Source of the DNA: the human T2T-CHM13v2.0 reference genome, Homo sapiens
DNA: 64,000 bases
Strand: one strand, 5' to 3'
Assembly (NCBI RefSeq): GCF_009914755.1
Contig: NC_060940.1
Shown: positions 13,138 through 26,464 of the stretch, in pieces
How positions within the stretch are numbered: position 1 is the stretch's first letter
Layout: every line of letters starts with the position of its first letter
Notes under the pieces: model-generated
Seen by the model: only the letters and a program-made list of their open reading frames with translations
Told to the model about the DNA's origin: nothing
Databases searched by the model: none
Program-made: the position numbers and the translations under genes

Positions 13138-13190
13138 AAATGTGTTTTATGGTCGCCTAAAATGTGTTTAGGTGACCATAAAACACGTTT
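13138..13190. repeat. Inverted repeat, 24-bp arms with a 5-nt spacer
   Basis: aaatgtgttttatggtcgcctaaa-atgtg-tttaggtgaccataaaacacgttt; 22/24 Watson-Crick pairs. Confidence 0.93.
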
Positions 13191-13309
13191 TATGAAAGAG
13201 TTGCATAATCCAATCAGAGACCATTTCCCAAAAGGAAAATTCACAGCTAAATGGAATGAAAAGTATTATCTGAACTTCACTAGCTATTGACTCCACCTAG
13301 TCGTTCAAG

Positions 13310-14205
13310 AGGAAAGCGAATGCTTATACATTGTTAGTGGAAATGTAAACAAATACAACTGTATGGAAAGGAGGATGGATAGTTCTCAAAAAACTTAGAA
13401 TAGAACTACCATTTAATCCAGCAATCCTGCTACTACTGGGCGTCTACACAAAGGAAAAGAAGCCACTGTATCAAAAAAACACCTGCACTCATGGTTATCA
13501 CTACGTATATTCATCACCACACCATACATACATACACACACACAATGGAATACTATTCAGCCATATAAAAGTATAAAATCAGCCGGGTGCGGTGGCTCAC
13601 GCCTATAATCCCAGCACTTAGGGAGGGCGAGGCAGGTGGATCACGAGGTCAGGAGATCGAGACCATCCTGGCTAACACGGTGAAACCCCGTCTCTACTAA
13701 AAATACAAAAAATTAGCCAGGTGCTGTGGCAGGCACCTGTAGTCCCAGCTACTCAAGATGCTGAGGTGGGAGAATGGCATGAACCCGGGAGGCGGAGTGT
13801 ACAGTGAACCGAGATCGTGACACTGCACTCCAGCCTGGGCGATAGAGCGAGACTCCGTCTCAAAAAAATAAATAAATAAATAAAGTATAAAATCATGGCT
13901 TTGGCAACAATGTGGATGCCATTATCTTTGGTGAAATAACTCAGAAAGTCAAATACTGCATGCTCTCACTTATAAGTCAGAGCTAAATCATGTGTACACA
14001 TGGACATAGAGTGTGGAATAATAGACTTTGGAGACTCAGAAGGGTGGAAGCGTGGCAAGGGTGTAACGTGTGAGAAATTGCTTAATGAGTACAATATATG
14101 TTACTCAGGTGATAGTTACACTAAAAGCCAAGACGTCACCACTCTGCCACATGTCCGTGTAACAAAACTGCACTTGTACTGTTAAATCTATACAAATAAA
14201 AAAGA
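13310..14205 (+). mobile_element. L1 3' end (L1MA/L1PB-like) interrupted by AluY
   Basis: ORF2 end and 3'UTR motifs (tagaactaccatttaatccagcaatcc; caatggaatactattcagcc; ctcacttataagt), A-rich end. Confidence 0.88.
13582..13881 (+). mobile_element. AluY with (TAAA)n tail
   Basis: Diagnostic gatcgagaccatcctggctaacacgg; TSD aaagtataaaatca at 13568-13581 and 13882-13895. Confidence 0.95.
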
Positions 14206-14341
14206 AACTGAATCTTTGCCAAGTTGCTCCTAACTATGTCTGAAGGTCCTCTGGTGATATCTCACACCGGCTCAGAACCAAGACAGTCGGCTCCCTTGTC
14301 ATAGCCATTGGGATTTCCCTCCTCCATATCCCAGGCCCCCA

Positions 14342-14407
14342 CCCTGATGGGCACCATTGCACATGTCAGGCCCGCCCTGATGGGCACCATTGCACATGTT
14401 AGGACCC
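14342..14407. repeat. 33-bp tandem duplication, 2 copies
   Basis: ccctgatgggcaccattgcacatgtcaggcccg / ccctgatgggcaccattgcacatgttaggaccc. Confidence 0.93.
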
Positions 14408-15344
14408 TTGGCTGCTGGCTCATGGGAGCTGGATACCAAAGCATCTGCTGGGACAGGAGAGAATGCCTGAACCCCTTTATTCTGGTAGAAGAGTATCTAA
14501 CCAACCAACAGAACTGTATGTTTCTTCTTTAATGTGAATAACTGTGAAAACAACTCTTTTCATTTTTATTTATAGCTCTCTCTCCCCCTAAATTCACACA
14601 TGCATCTCTGGGGCTGGAGATCAGCTCAAGAGATGGACACCCCATTGTTTCCTGAAACACTCTCCTCTCTAACCATGAAGTCTTATTCCTGGACTAGCCT
14701 ATGTATCTGCCTCTCCTCTGCCCATCACCCATGCTCATATCATTCACATTAGACCTTTGTATTCTGGGTGAACTGGGGAGATGTGGCCCTTGGGTTCACT
14801 TTGATTACTTCCTTGTAAAAATAAACGCTTAATAGCCCTGCCCACTAATTTTTTGGATATGATATTTTAGGCCCAAGCCGGGAGTCATCCTTCCATCACT
14901 CTATATTTGGAAGAGGGAAGGATTTGTGGCATCAAATATTTAAAAATAAAAGTAAAAATATTAAAATTAATTGAGTAACTTAATTAAAATAATAGTTTAA
15001 AGTGGCAGCAGGGCAAAGGAGCATTTGTAGCTTCAGAAATGTAGTGATCATTCTACAGTCTTTTGAAAAGATAAACCTGACAGGAATTTCTAGCCAAAAT
15101 GAAAATTGGTGACGGTTGAGCAGCTGCAAAGCAAAAGTGAAAAAGTCCTTGAGTTGTCCTAGCACAGAACGTGCTCACCAGCGCCGTTGGATCCTATCCC
15201 TGATACCAAAGGATCCACTGTGAATAGCCCAGCAATTTTTAGCACTGCAGCTGAGTAAAACAGAGTGGCAGATCCAAATGTCATTAAACATTTATAATTT
15301 CGGGGAAACCCTTATTTCAAATCAATTCTTCATAACCATTTCCT

Positions 15345-16190
15345 CAGTAAATTCATTCAACAAGTATTTATCGGGCAGTTTCTATGAGTCAGATAATATT
15401 ATAGGGGCTGGGGATATAGCAGTGACCAAGACCATTTAGAACTCTATTCTTAAGACATTGCCACCTTCCTGGGAGGAGAAAGGTGCCAACAGAAATGGAT
15501 AAGCCAGATAATTTAAGTTTTGGATAAAATAAAACAAGGTACATTGTTTTATTGACATAAGGTCAAGAAAAGTCCTCTCTAAAGAGGTGATGTTGAAGCT
15601 GAGCCCAGTGAAATAAAGGAGCCTACCAAGTAAAGGCATGGAGAAAGGATGTTCCAGACGCAGGGGCCAGGAAGTGCAGAGACCTGAGGCAGGAATGACC
15701 TGAGGGACGGTAGTACCAGGTGAGACAGGGAGATGGGCAAGGGCAAGGGCAAGATCGTTCTGAGCATGAGTCAACAAACTATGGGCCATGGGCCAAATGT
15801 GTCTCTCTGCCTGTTGTTTTTTAAATAAAGTTTTATTAGAATACACATGTGCCCCTTCATTCATGTATTGACTATGGCTGCTTTCGCACCATATTGGTAG
15901 AATTGGGTAGCGGGGACACAGACTGTATATTCCACAGAGGCAAAAGTATGTAATACCTGATCCTCTGCAAATAAAAAGTTTGCAGACCCCTGGCTTAGAA
16001 CTCCATACATTTTGATTACATTTTAAACTTAGTAGGAAGCCCTTGGGTGGTTTTAAGCAAGGAAATAGATATGATTTTACTGCTGAAAAATGACTTGTGC
16101 TATTCTGTGGAGAGAGAAATAGGGAAACAAGGCATTTCAATGTTCTAGGCATGAGAAAACCATGGCAGCTACGGAGATGGAGAGAAGAGA
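15345..16190 (-). mobile_element. L2 interrupted by MER58A
   Basis: ttcattcaacaagtatttatcggg... reverse L2 tail; ttttaagcaaggaaatagatatgat downstream. Confidence 0.75.
15764..15992 (+). mobile_element. MER58A (hAT-Charlie)
   Basis: caaactatgggccatgggccaaat...taaataaagttttattagaa...aaaagtttgcagacccctg. Confidence 0.85.
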
Positions 16191-16849
16191 TCACATAAAA
16201 TTTTTACAGCAAGTGTGTGACAAATCGGAAAATTCTAAATATTGAGTCATTTTATGATGCCAGCTTATTATAACTGATGCCATCTATGTGGAATTACAAT
16301 AATACTGTAAGCCTTAATAGGTTTATAAATTTTCTGCAAGTATAAACCAGAATCTACCTTCAGTTCTCTTTCTCAGCAACACAGTTAAGACCAGGAGAAC
16401 TGAATGGTTTTCTCTTCATCCTTCAACTTCCAACATTTAGCAGAGTCCCAGGCACAAATTATCCACCCAATAAATTCCACTGGATGAACAAATGGCTCCA
16501 AAGGCCAGAAAGCCTGAATCCCGATAAACTGTTTTTTAATTCAATTTTTAAATAAATGGTTGTATTTATTGAAAATGTATTCATTCTTTCAACAAATACC
16601 TTTAGAGTACCTGCCGTATACCAGGTATGCTGTTTAATGAGGATGGGGTTGGAGGGGGTGAATGCATGAAACAGAATGGATGCTGACTCTGTAGAGCTTG
16701 CAGACGAAAGAGGAAGTCAGTAAATAAAGCATCACTGTTACACAGGGGAACGTCAGTTTTCAACTGCTACACAGGGGAGCATCTCTCTAGGATTAAGGGA
16801 GGGAGATGATGCCTGTCCCAGGGTAACACAGCAGTGGTAATCAGCTGTA

Positions 16850-17050
16850 TATTTTTCTAGCACTATTATGTACTGGATACTGGTCCAGGTTCCACACCTA
16901 CCTTTTAAAGCAGTCCTTACAAACGTTTGACAATTGAGGAAACAGACACTCAGGGAGGTTAGGTGACTCCGCCGTGGTCACACAGCTGGTGGGTGATGAA
17001 GCTCAGATCGAAACTCAGACCTGTATGACTCTAATTCTTGTGCTTTTTCA
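16850..17050 (-). mobile_element. MIR
   Basis: tgaggaaacagacactcagggaggttaggtgact...gtcacacagctgg. Confidence 0.75.
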
Positions 17051-17184
17051 TTTCATCCCCATCCACAACACCCACTGTCCTTTAACTATTTCACCCGTGA
17101 TGATGTTGCAAGTAATTCCAAAGTTGCTACCTTAAATGTAAGAGAGCATTTTCTTACACAGATGAGTGAGTTTATTTATTTTCA

Positions 17185-17188
<4 letters not shown>

Positions 17189-17227
<39 letters not shown>
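17189..17227. repeat. (TG)19 microsatellite
   Basis: Read directly. Confidence 0.97.
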
Positions 17228-17231
<4 letters not shown>

Positions 17232-17343
17232 GAGAAAGAGAAAGAGAAAACCACCAACCTTCCTTAGTCATTTTATAGTAGCCCAGCTTGCCAGGTAACT
17301 CCACGCAGCCCATCCTTACTGGTGGTAACCTCAAATAAAGCCA

Positions 17344-17363
17344 GATTCTCCCCCTAGCGGTAG
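17344..17363 (-). promoter_or_regulatory. Candidate CTCF site
   Basis: Reverse complement ctaCCGCTAGGGGGAGaatc resembles the CCRSYAGRKGGCR core; motif match only. Confidence 0.4.
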
Positions 17364-18515
17364 TTTGAGAGATGCTCAACAACTCGAAGATTCATAAAGC
17401 ATGCTGAGCCATCCATCAGTCAAGACAGGCCACAGATGTCAGAAAAGATTGATAATCAGCAGGGAGCTTGATAAAGCAGCTTTTACTGCAGCACCCTTGC
17501 TCTAAGACTCCCATCCCTTCTGAGAACGCAGTCTAGAGCTGCTGCTTCCATTTATCTATACAAATACCTTTGAATCACTTCACCTTAATATATATATACA
17601 GTAAGATTTTTTTAAAGCCCTGAATAATTTATGTATAGAATCACCTCCCTTCTTAACCAAATGGAAGAGATTCAGTATGCTAAGTTCAATGAGAAGAGGG
17701 TATATAAAATCCCTTTCAAGTATATGTCTTATAAAATATAGGTCATGAATTGAGTTTTTCAGTATCAAAGAAAAAAAGTTTAATAGACTTACAGCTTTCT
17801 TGCTTTAATTATGGGTGCATTTTTTAAAAACCAAGTATAGTACCCAAGCTATTTTATTATTCAGAAGACTGGCTCTTTTCAAAGAAGTGTCAAAAGTTTG
17901 GTTTGGGGAATTCTTGTGTTTTCTTTCTTGCTGCAGTTTTCCACTTTTCTTTAGTGTGTCACCATCTTTATCTCCTATGATACTAGTTTATAATAGGCTT
18001 CTAACATGGATGCCTTCCTCTTGGAAGTGGGTTGGGGTTCGTGTTTCTATAGTCAAGCTCTGTATCCTTAAAAAAAGGCCTGCTTTTCAGAATGATGGAG
18101 GACCTCGCTGGCCTGTTTCCCTGGCCCATCAAATCCAGACTCCAGAGCTGCTTTGCCATCTGTTCCTCTCCTTCCTTCTCATTTCTGCAATTTTACCCTC
18201 TATCTAGCTGAAGAGGTTCTATGCTTGTTGGCTCACACTAAAGTCATAAGCCAGGGCTAGAGGGGATGACTTGAATAGTAACATGTGTGTACATATACGT
18301 GTGTATGTGTCTGTACATTCACATACACACACATGAAATCAGCTTCGGTCTGTGATGCACCATTCAAAAATGTCTGCGTAGATTTTCACTAGCTTTGGAA
18401 ACCACGTTTGATGTGGTTTAACTGGAAATATTGACCCACGCAACTAAAACTCAGGTAACCCAAGAGACTACTACTGCTGGCAGAGTCGTGTTTGGTGATT
18501 TCAGACACCATGGAG

Positions 18516-18698
18516 CAGTGGTCCAAGTTTGAATGATTTTGTTCCCAGGAGACACTTTGGGTTCCACACTGGGGAAGAAGAGGGTACAACTGGCATCGAG
18601 CGGGCCAAGGTCAAGGACTGGTAAACATACGTCAATGCATAGAACGGCCTCCACAGCAAAGAATCATTTGCCTCAAAATGTCAGTAGTGCCAATGTTT
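18516..18698 (+). mobile_element. MER20
   Basis: cagtggt...tgattttgttcccaggagaca...actggcatc...caaagaatcattt...aaaatgtcagtagtgcc. Confidence 0.8.
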
Positions 18699-19099
18699 CT
18701 CCCTAAATGGAGAAAATGTGGAGTTTTAGTTATAAAGCCCAAATGTAAAGTTGGCAGGAGAGATGCTACAAATTGTAGGCATTGGTTGGTACCTTTTTAT
18801 AGTGAGCCACAGGAACCCATTCCTCTAAGCAGGATCAATGGACATGGAGCTCGTTTTAACAGTGAGCATTTTGCGAGTGGGAGATGTTGCCAGGCCCTCT
18901 GCTGAGGGCTTCCTGTGTGTTATCTCATTGACTTGCCACAGCAGGCTAGAGGCGGATGCTATGATCATCTCTATGTCCCAGTGAGGAAACTGAAACTTCA
19001 AGAAGCTAGAAAACAAACTGTCCAGCAGAGCAGAAGCATTTTCCTCAAAATCCATTCTGCTGTCCTTTAGTAACAGACCTCAGTATACCTTAGCAGCAG

Positions 19100-19545
19100 G
19101 TGTCCGTATGAAGACTGTATTGCTCAGCCTCCCTGGCAGCTAAATGTGGTGATGTGAGGAAGTACTGACCAACAAGCTAGAAGCAGGGGTCTATGTTAGA
19201 CTTCTAGGATGGATTCTGAAAGGAGCCACCTCACCTAGGAAGAGTACCCTGTATTCTCCTCCTACCACCTATTTCTTTTGCTGTCTGGAGTAGCGATATG
19301 ATGGCTAGAACTCAAGCAGCCACCTTGCTCTGTGACACGGCCTCAAGGGTAGAAAATATGTGCTAGGAAGGCAGGACAAAACACAGAATAAGACCTGATT
19401 CTGTTGCCTGCGGAATGCCATGGCAGCCCTGGATTGCTTCTCTCCAGAATTATTTTACATAAGAGAATTATGAACTTCTGTCTTATGTAACTCAGTGTTA
19501 TGTTGAATTCCCTGTATTTGTAGCCAAATCTAATAACAGCTGAAA
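19100..19545 (+). mobile_element. MLT1 (J-like) MaLR LTR within or next to an antisense MIR (about 18855-19630)
   Basis: gatggctagaactcaagcagccaccttg...gccctggattgctt...gtagccaaatctaat. Confidence 0.65.
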
Positions 19546-20124
19546 TATGCAGCATCACTCAACCAGTAAAAATTAGAGCCCAGACTATATGACGTTGAGT
19601 CAAGCCACGCTTTTTAACCACTGTGCTTTGCTGCTTGAGACATAAGCCCGCTTACACCTCTGTATGCCTTTCATGCACCAGTTTTCCTATGGTAATCAGA
19701 AAATTGAGTCTTTATTGGAACAAAAATGGTCTTTGTCTCCTCTGTTATCTTAGAGTTCCTTCCAGAAAGCATTCTAAGGCCTCTTTGACATTAGACATTT
19801 TTATTAGGTTAAAAAAAACCCCACTGCCTTATGATGGGAACTTTCTTAGTGTAGTTATTTTGATTTCCTAGTATTACTGTAATTTCAGATCACAGTCTAG
19901 TACTAATAATCTGAAGAGATTCCAATAATGCACACCATGATGGGGCTGCCATTTATGTCAGTGTGCTGGCTTCGTGTCCACATTCCAGGGGCCAGAGAGG
20001 AAAACTTTAAAGGGCTCTAGAAGGTTTTCAGAGAATATTAATTTTTTTCTTGCCAGTGAATCAAGTTGAAGTGCATCATGAGAAAGTACCTGTGAGTTCA
20101 TCAGGGAGATCAATGTATTCTGAC

Positions 20125-20370
20125 AAGGGTACAGCACAAGGGTTGAGATGGCTGATTCCCATCTCCAAAAGATCTGGTTTTCAGCTATGTTTCCACTGTG
20201 ATTATGAGACCTTAAACATGTTATCTTACCTCTCTGGGCTTTGAGTAACTCTTTTGATCATGAGGCTAATAACAATGCCCCAAAAGGATGGCTGTGAAGG
20301 TTCTGTGAGCAAGTAGATATCAGGCTTTGAGCACCATGACCAACAAAATGCCACGTGGGTCACAAATACT
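20125..20370 (+). mobile_element. MIR
   Basis: gagaccttaaacatgttatcttacctctctgggc. Confidence 0.55.
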
Positions 20371-20739
20371 GGCAGCCAGCAATGGCTTCTTTTCAGTGGT
20401 GCTAGTTCAGGAGGGTCTTAGTGTCGTCACCCAGCAGCTTGCAGGAGTTGGAAAGACTCTAGAGACCCATGGAGCTGAATTCTAGTCCTGGCTCCTTCTC
20501 TTATCAGCTGTGTTAATTTGAGCCTCTATTTCCTCTACTGAATTGGTGATAATCTTCTGTGGCAGCACTTTGTACGAGTTTGAATTGGGCACATTCGAAA
20601 TGATTCATTATAGAAATATAAATAAAATTTTATTTGTGCACAGAATTAGAAACAGTGTGCTCTCCAAATTTTAAATATTTGTCACAAATTTGCAATTTCA
20701 GAGTGGTTGTCAGGATTCTCTCTCTCACTCTTTCTCAGT

Positions 20740-21095
20740 TTTAATGAGATATCATTCATATACCATACAATTTACCAATTCATCCATACAAAATTTGTCA
20801 TTTGGTGGTTTTTAATATATTCACAGAATTGTGCGATCATTGCCACAGTCAGTTTTGAACATTTCTATTATCCCAGAATGGAACCCTGTAGCCATTAGAC
20901 GTCGTTCCTTATAGTCTTAGGACACCACACATATACTTTGTGTTTCTATAAATTTGCCTTGCTGGGCATTTCATAGAGAGAGAGTACATAGTACGTGATC
21001 CTTTCTGCCTGGTTTATTTTACTTAGCGTGTTGTTCAGGTTTCATCCATGTTCTGTGTAGCAGGTAACAGTACCTCCTTCAGTTCTATTGCCAAA
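20740..21095 (-). mobile_element. L1MB-like 3' end
   Basis: gagatatcattcatataccatacaattt...ttcacagaattgtgcgatcattgccacagtcagttttgaacattt. Confidence 0.8.
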
Positions 21096-21429
21096 GATAG
21101 GGCTTCCTTTTAAAATAAATTTGCTCTCGCCATAGGAAATATCGCTTTAGCTTGTGCAGATGAATATGCACCATTCTTCGTCAAGATTAGTCTTGAGTTA
21201 TGCAAATTCTGAATTATCTGAGATATTCGACAATGTACCACGTACGGAAAATACATCTGTGTTCTGTGTACCTTGCAGTTTTGTTATGAGAATTAAATGA
21301 GATAATACACGTAGCAGCAGGGCTCAATATATGGGAGGGGGTTCCTCAAGAAATAGAGCCTTCTACAATTTTAGTTGGTTTGATTGTTTCATGGTAGATC
21401 TATTTTTTATCTGCTTTTTCTATAATCTC

Positions 21430-22981
21430 AACCTTTTTTTTTTTGGATTTGGGCATACACATGCAGGCTTATTGTATGGATATATTGTGTGATGCTGACG
21501 CTTTGAGTATGATTGAATCTGTCACCCAGGTAGCACCATAGTACCTAACAGTTAATTTTTCAACCCTTTCTCACCAGCACCCTCCGCTAGTCCCCAGCGT
21601 CTGTTATTGCCATTTTTATGTCTAAGAGTTCCTTATGTTTAGCTCCCACTTATAAGTGAGAATGTGCTGTTTTTGGTCTTCTGTTCCTGCATTAATTCAA
21701 TAGGATAAAGGCTTCCAGCTGTATCCATGTTGCTACAAAGGATATGAGTTCATTCTTTTCTATGGCTGCATAGTATTCTGTGGTGTATGTGTACATTTTC
21801 TTTATCCAGTTCACCATTCATGAGTACCTAGGTTGATTCCATGTCTTTGCTATTTGAATAGTGCTGCAACAAACATATGAGTGCATGTGTCTTTTTGGTA
21901 GAACAATTTAGTTTATTTTGGATATATACCCAGGAATGAGATTGCTTGTTTTAAGTGCTTTGAGAAATTGCCAAACTGCTTTCCACAGTGCCTGAAGTAA
22001 TTTACATTCCCACGAACAGTATATAAGCTTTCCCTTTTCTCCACAGCCTCATCAGCATCTGTTGCTTTTTGACTTTTTAAAATAGCCATTCCAACTGGTG
22101 TGACATGGTGTCTCATTGTGGTTTCAGTTTGCGTTTCCCTGATGATTAGTGATCACAATTTTTCGTATGTTTTTTGGATACTTGTTTGTCTTCTTTTGAG
22201 AAGTGTCTGTTCATGCCTTTGCCCACATTTTAATAGGGTTATTTGTTTTTCGCTTGTTGAATTATTTAAGTTCCTTATAGATTCCAGATGCTGGACTTCC
22301 ATCAGATGCATAATTTGTGAATATTTTCTCCCATTCGGTTTGTTGTCCATTTACTCTGTTGATAGTTTCCTTTGCTGTGCAGATCTTTAGTTTAATTAAA
22401 TCCCACTTGTCAATTTTTGTTTTCCTTGTGATTGCTTTTGAGAACTTAGCCATAAATTATTTCCCAAGGCCAATGTCCAGAATGGCGTTTCCTAGGTTTT
22501 CTTCCAGGATTCTTACAGTTTGAGGTTTTAAATTTGAATATTTAATGCATCTTGAGTTAATTTTTGTATATGATGAAATGTATGGGTCATTTCATTCTTC
22601 TGAATATGGCTATCCAGGTATCCAGAACCATTTATTGAACAGAGAGTCCTTTTCCCATTGCTTATTTGTATCGGCTTTGTGGAAGAGCAGATGCCTATAG
22701 GTGTGCAGCTTTATTTCTCAGTTCTTTATTCTGTCTCATTAGTCTATGTGTCTATTTATGTACCGTACCATGCTGTTTTAGTTACCGTATGCTTACAGTA
22801 GAGTTTAAAGTCAGGTAATGTGATGTCTCTGGCTTTGTTCATTTTGCTTAGGATTGCTTTGGCTATTTGGGATATTTTTTGGTTGTATATGAATTTTAAT
22901 AGTTTTTCTAATTCTATCAAAAATGATCTTGGTAGTTTGATAGGAATTGCATTGAATTCATAGGGAGCTTTGGGCAGTATC
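21430..22981 (-). mobile_element. L1 (L1PA15/16-L1PB age), 5'-truncated, about 1.55 kb
   Basis: Antisense 3'UTR plus fragmented ORF2 peptides in the ORF track ([13 protein letters not shown]; MRHHVTPVGMAI). Confidence 0.93.
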
Positions 22982-25662
22982 TCATCTGTTTTTGTGTTTA
23001 TCTCACTTTAAGGAATCTCCATCTATGAAAATTCCAACTGATTAAATAAAAAATTAGTCATAAGTCCCCTCTAACAGACCTGCTCATCAAGTGTCTCCAA
23101 GATGCTGTTTAAAAAAATCTGGTTTCTTCCAAAGTGTCAGGCTTTCAGGAGCCCACCAGTGATTCAAGTTACATACCCCTTCATAAATTTCCACGCACAT
23201 CCACATATTCATGAGGCAATCTGAGACCTTTACCTTTGTCAGCCTGAGTACATTTCTATTATGGCAATGTCACAGCCGCGTGTATGAGCTGTAATGAAAG
23301 ACAGCTTTTGAAAACTCCTATTCTAAGGTCTTTCCTGACCTATTTCAGCAAAATGTGTAAGTGAAAGACATTTAGACACCTTTTGTCTTTATCTCTTTTT
23401 GCCCTAGGCAATTAGGTGCCACAACAAATGACATTTTTGCTCCTTCAGCAAGCCATCATGGCTCACCTCATAGGTGGGAGACACCAGGATGAACACTTTC
23501 AAATTCTTTATCCCATTCCATCCCCCCAGTGAGATTGGGTATTACTGTCTCCATGTTTCATGTGAGGACACAGAAGCTCAGAAAGGTCAACACCCATAAT
23601 CAGAGGGGGAACCATGTAAGTCTGCCTTTGCCTGACCTCAAATACCATCTTCCTTCAAGGATACTGCATTTCCTCTGTCTCATTGTGGGTTAATTACTTC
23701 TTAGTATGCCTGCTTGTCCTCTATGATAAGGCACTTTTATACTTATTCGGCGGTCTCTAACATAAGCATTCAGTCCTGCTCCCCAGCCAAGGCTGTGCAT
23801 ATAAATAGGAAATGTTGATTTTATTGCTTATGGGAGATGCAACAGGCAAGCATCAAAAACTGTGGTGGGGTTTCAGCTGGAAGTGTGCACGTTAAGAAGC
23901 TGCTCTAAGTCATCCCTGTCCATGGGGTTTTTCCTTACAGCATGAGACAGTCCGGCTATGCCTTGTCCTAATTGCAACTCAAAGGATAAGGTCAAACTAC
24001 ATTTTAAAAAGGGCAAACATCACCAGGAGGAAATTTTCTAGAGTTAGAAAAACTGTAACCAGGAATCTAGAGATGACATTTATCTTTTAAAGTATCAATC
24101 AGAGATGCATTCTGTTTCAGGCAACAAAATAGCAATCAGCACAGCTTAAACATCACAGGTTGATTTTCCTCGTATTTCTAGAAGCTGGGAGATGGGTGGC
24201 TGCTTCTTGTGCTTCATTGACTTGATAGTTGGCATCTCTGTGAGTCTTTGGACTTTCCTTTGTGGCTCCAAGAAAAAGAAAACATATAAAGCAGTATTTA
24301 AATATGTGTAAGCACATATGTGAGTATGCATGTGTGCAAGTATGTGTGTATACATGCATTGTGGACTAGGGAGGAAGGAATTTGGAATGGATTTGGGGTT
24401 AGCCTGTGAGTGGTCCTCACACTGTACCCAAAAGTTAAGAGACCACTAAATGAAGAAGAAACCAGCATTTCCCAAGCTTTTATTATGAATTTGAGAATTA
24501 GTTGGTGGTGAGAGGCATCACTGAAATGGTCAATTGGTTAAATAAGAGAAGGAATCAAAGTGAAACTGGCTTCTTTACTGGCAGAATTTTGAGAGACTTC
24601 AAGATGTGAATAGGCATGTCAGTTTCCAAGATGATGTCACACCGGAGAATCTGTTATGAGCAGGATGTTCCGTCAGCCTGGCACATGGGAGGTGGCAGAT
24701 CCTTTGGAACGGCAGCTCTCAGATCCTGAGCTGCTAGGTATCATGGGATGCTGAGTGGGCGTGCTCCTCCTCCATAGAGGAGTTATTAAAGCCACAGAGT
24801 TAAAGTAAAATGGCCCGAGAGCAAGACAATGAATATCAGAGAGGGTCACAGGACATCAAGTGGACTTGTGACCTTGGGAGTGTAAGCACCTACAGTGGAC
24901 AGAGGGGAGTTTGTGAGCAATTTTGGGATAGGAGCCATGACATTAATACTTCTTGAATCTCATTCCCTCCACACTCACCCCTCCAATTTAGCTAGCTTTC
25001 TCTGAAAAGCCGATACTCAAAGAATAAAATGTTTACCGAATGAATTAACATGTTATATAAATGTCAACGCAAGAATTTTGGAGGGTCATTTATTTCACTG
25101 CTTCTCATGGGGACCAAGCATCCATCTAGGTTCTTGGTAGGAAATTGACTATCTGGGATCCTTAAGATAGACATAATAAGTCCACATACAAAATGGCAGA
25201 CAGATTTTCTGCCTGTGGATCTACCCAGAACTGTTGGTAGCTGTGTTTTGGGTTTCCAGGTAGTCTCTCCCTCACTTTCCTGTTGACTAGTAAGTGCCTG
25301 GCTTTGATGTAACTGTACTGTGCAAGATACAGAGCCATGATTTTCATACATATCACCTCATTTCAGCCTTGCATTATCCCGAGAAATAGATAAAGGAGTT
25401 CTCATTTACAGATAAGGACCTGAACCTAGTACACAGGAAACTTACCTAAGTCTCACAACTTCCCTTCACATCTTCTCTAAGACCATGTGAACCTGTCTAT
25501 ATAAAATAGAGCTCAAGATGGAAGAGGTGACTTTAAACTCATACGTTTTTACCATTGGCCCAGAGGAAAAATGGAGCTGGAACTCCATTACTTGGTTAGT
25601 CTAGGGACCAGTGAAAGTAGAGTGATAATTTGGGACTTTTATGAATGTTTCTTTTATAGATG

Positions 25663-26464
25663 TTTGTATCAGCCACTGTTCTCTAGGGAAACAGAAACAA
25701 TGGGAAGAGAGTGTGGGTTGGAGGAGGCAGACAGAAGGAAGAAGAGAGAGAGAGATTCATTGTAAGAAATTGGTTCTTCCAAACACCACATGTTCTCCCT
25801 CATAAGTGGGAGTTGAACAATGAGAACACATGGACACAGGGAGGGGAACATCACACACTGGGGCTTTCAAGGGGTAGGTAAGCGGCAAAAGGAGGGAGAG
25901 AATTAGGACAAATACCTAAGGCATGCGGGGCTTAAAACCCAGGTGTTGGGTTGATAGGTGCAGCAAACCACCATGGCACAGGTGTACCTATGTAATAAAG
26001 CTACACGTTCTGCACATGTATCCCAGAACTTAAAGTAAAATTTAAAAAAGGATATTAGTTATTATGATTATGGAGGCTGACATCTGCAGTCAGTAGCTGG
26101 AGAGCCAGGAAAGCTGATGTGTGGCTCCAGTCTGAGTCTGAAGTCCTGAGAACCAGAGAGCTGATGGTATCATTTCCAGTCTAAACGCCAGCAGGAAGGG
26201 CCAATGTATTGTTTAAGTCCGAAGGCTGGAGTGGACTGATGTTGTAGTTCAAGACAGGCCTCTGACTCAGCTTTTTGGTTCTGTTCAGACCCGTAAGTGA
26301 GTAGATGAGGCCCACCACATTAGGAAGGGTCATTTCCTTTTCTCAGTCTAATAATTCAAATGGTAATCTCTTCCAGACATGCCCTTACATCCAGAATAAG
26401 AGTTGCCCAAGTACCTGGTTACCCCATGCTCAGCTGAGTTGACTCATAAAATTAATCTTCCAAC
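25663..26464 (-). mobile_element. MLT2 (ERVL) LTR interrupted by L1PA
   Basis: ttctctagggaaacagaaacaat...taagaaattgg; tatggaggctga...agtcctgagaaccag...ttgactcataaaattaa. Confidence 0.8.
25779..26049 (+). mobile_element. L1PA7/8-like 3' UTR fragment
   Basis: gtgggagttgaacaatgagaacacatggacacagggagggg...gcatgcggggcttaaaacc...cccagaacttaaagt. Confidence 0.92.

Noticed and set aside
14342-14407. CRISPR-like repeat
   Set aside because: Only two abutting copies, no spacers, eukaryotic intron.
15436-16194. Longest ORF (252 aa, minus strand)
   Set aside because: Runs through L2 and MER58A fossils; no recognisable domain; chance open frame.
21913-22523. L1 ORF2-like peptides (also 28750, 31877)
   Set aside because: Fragmented, 5'-truncated fossils; cannot encode an active retrotransposon.
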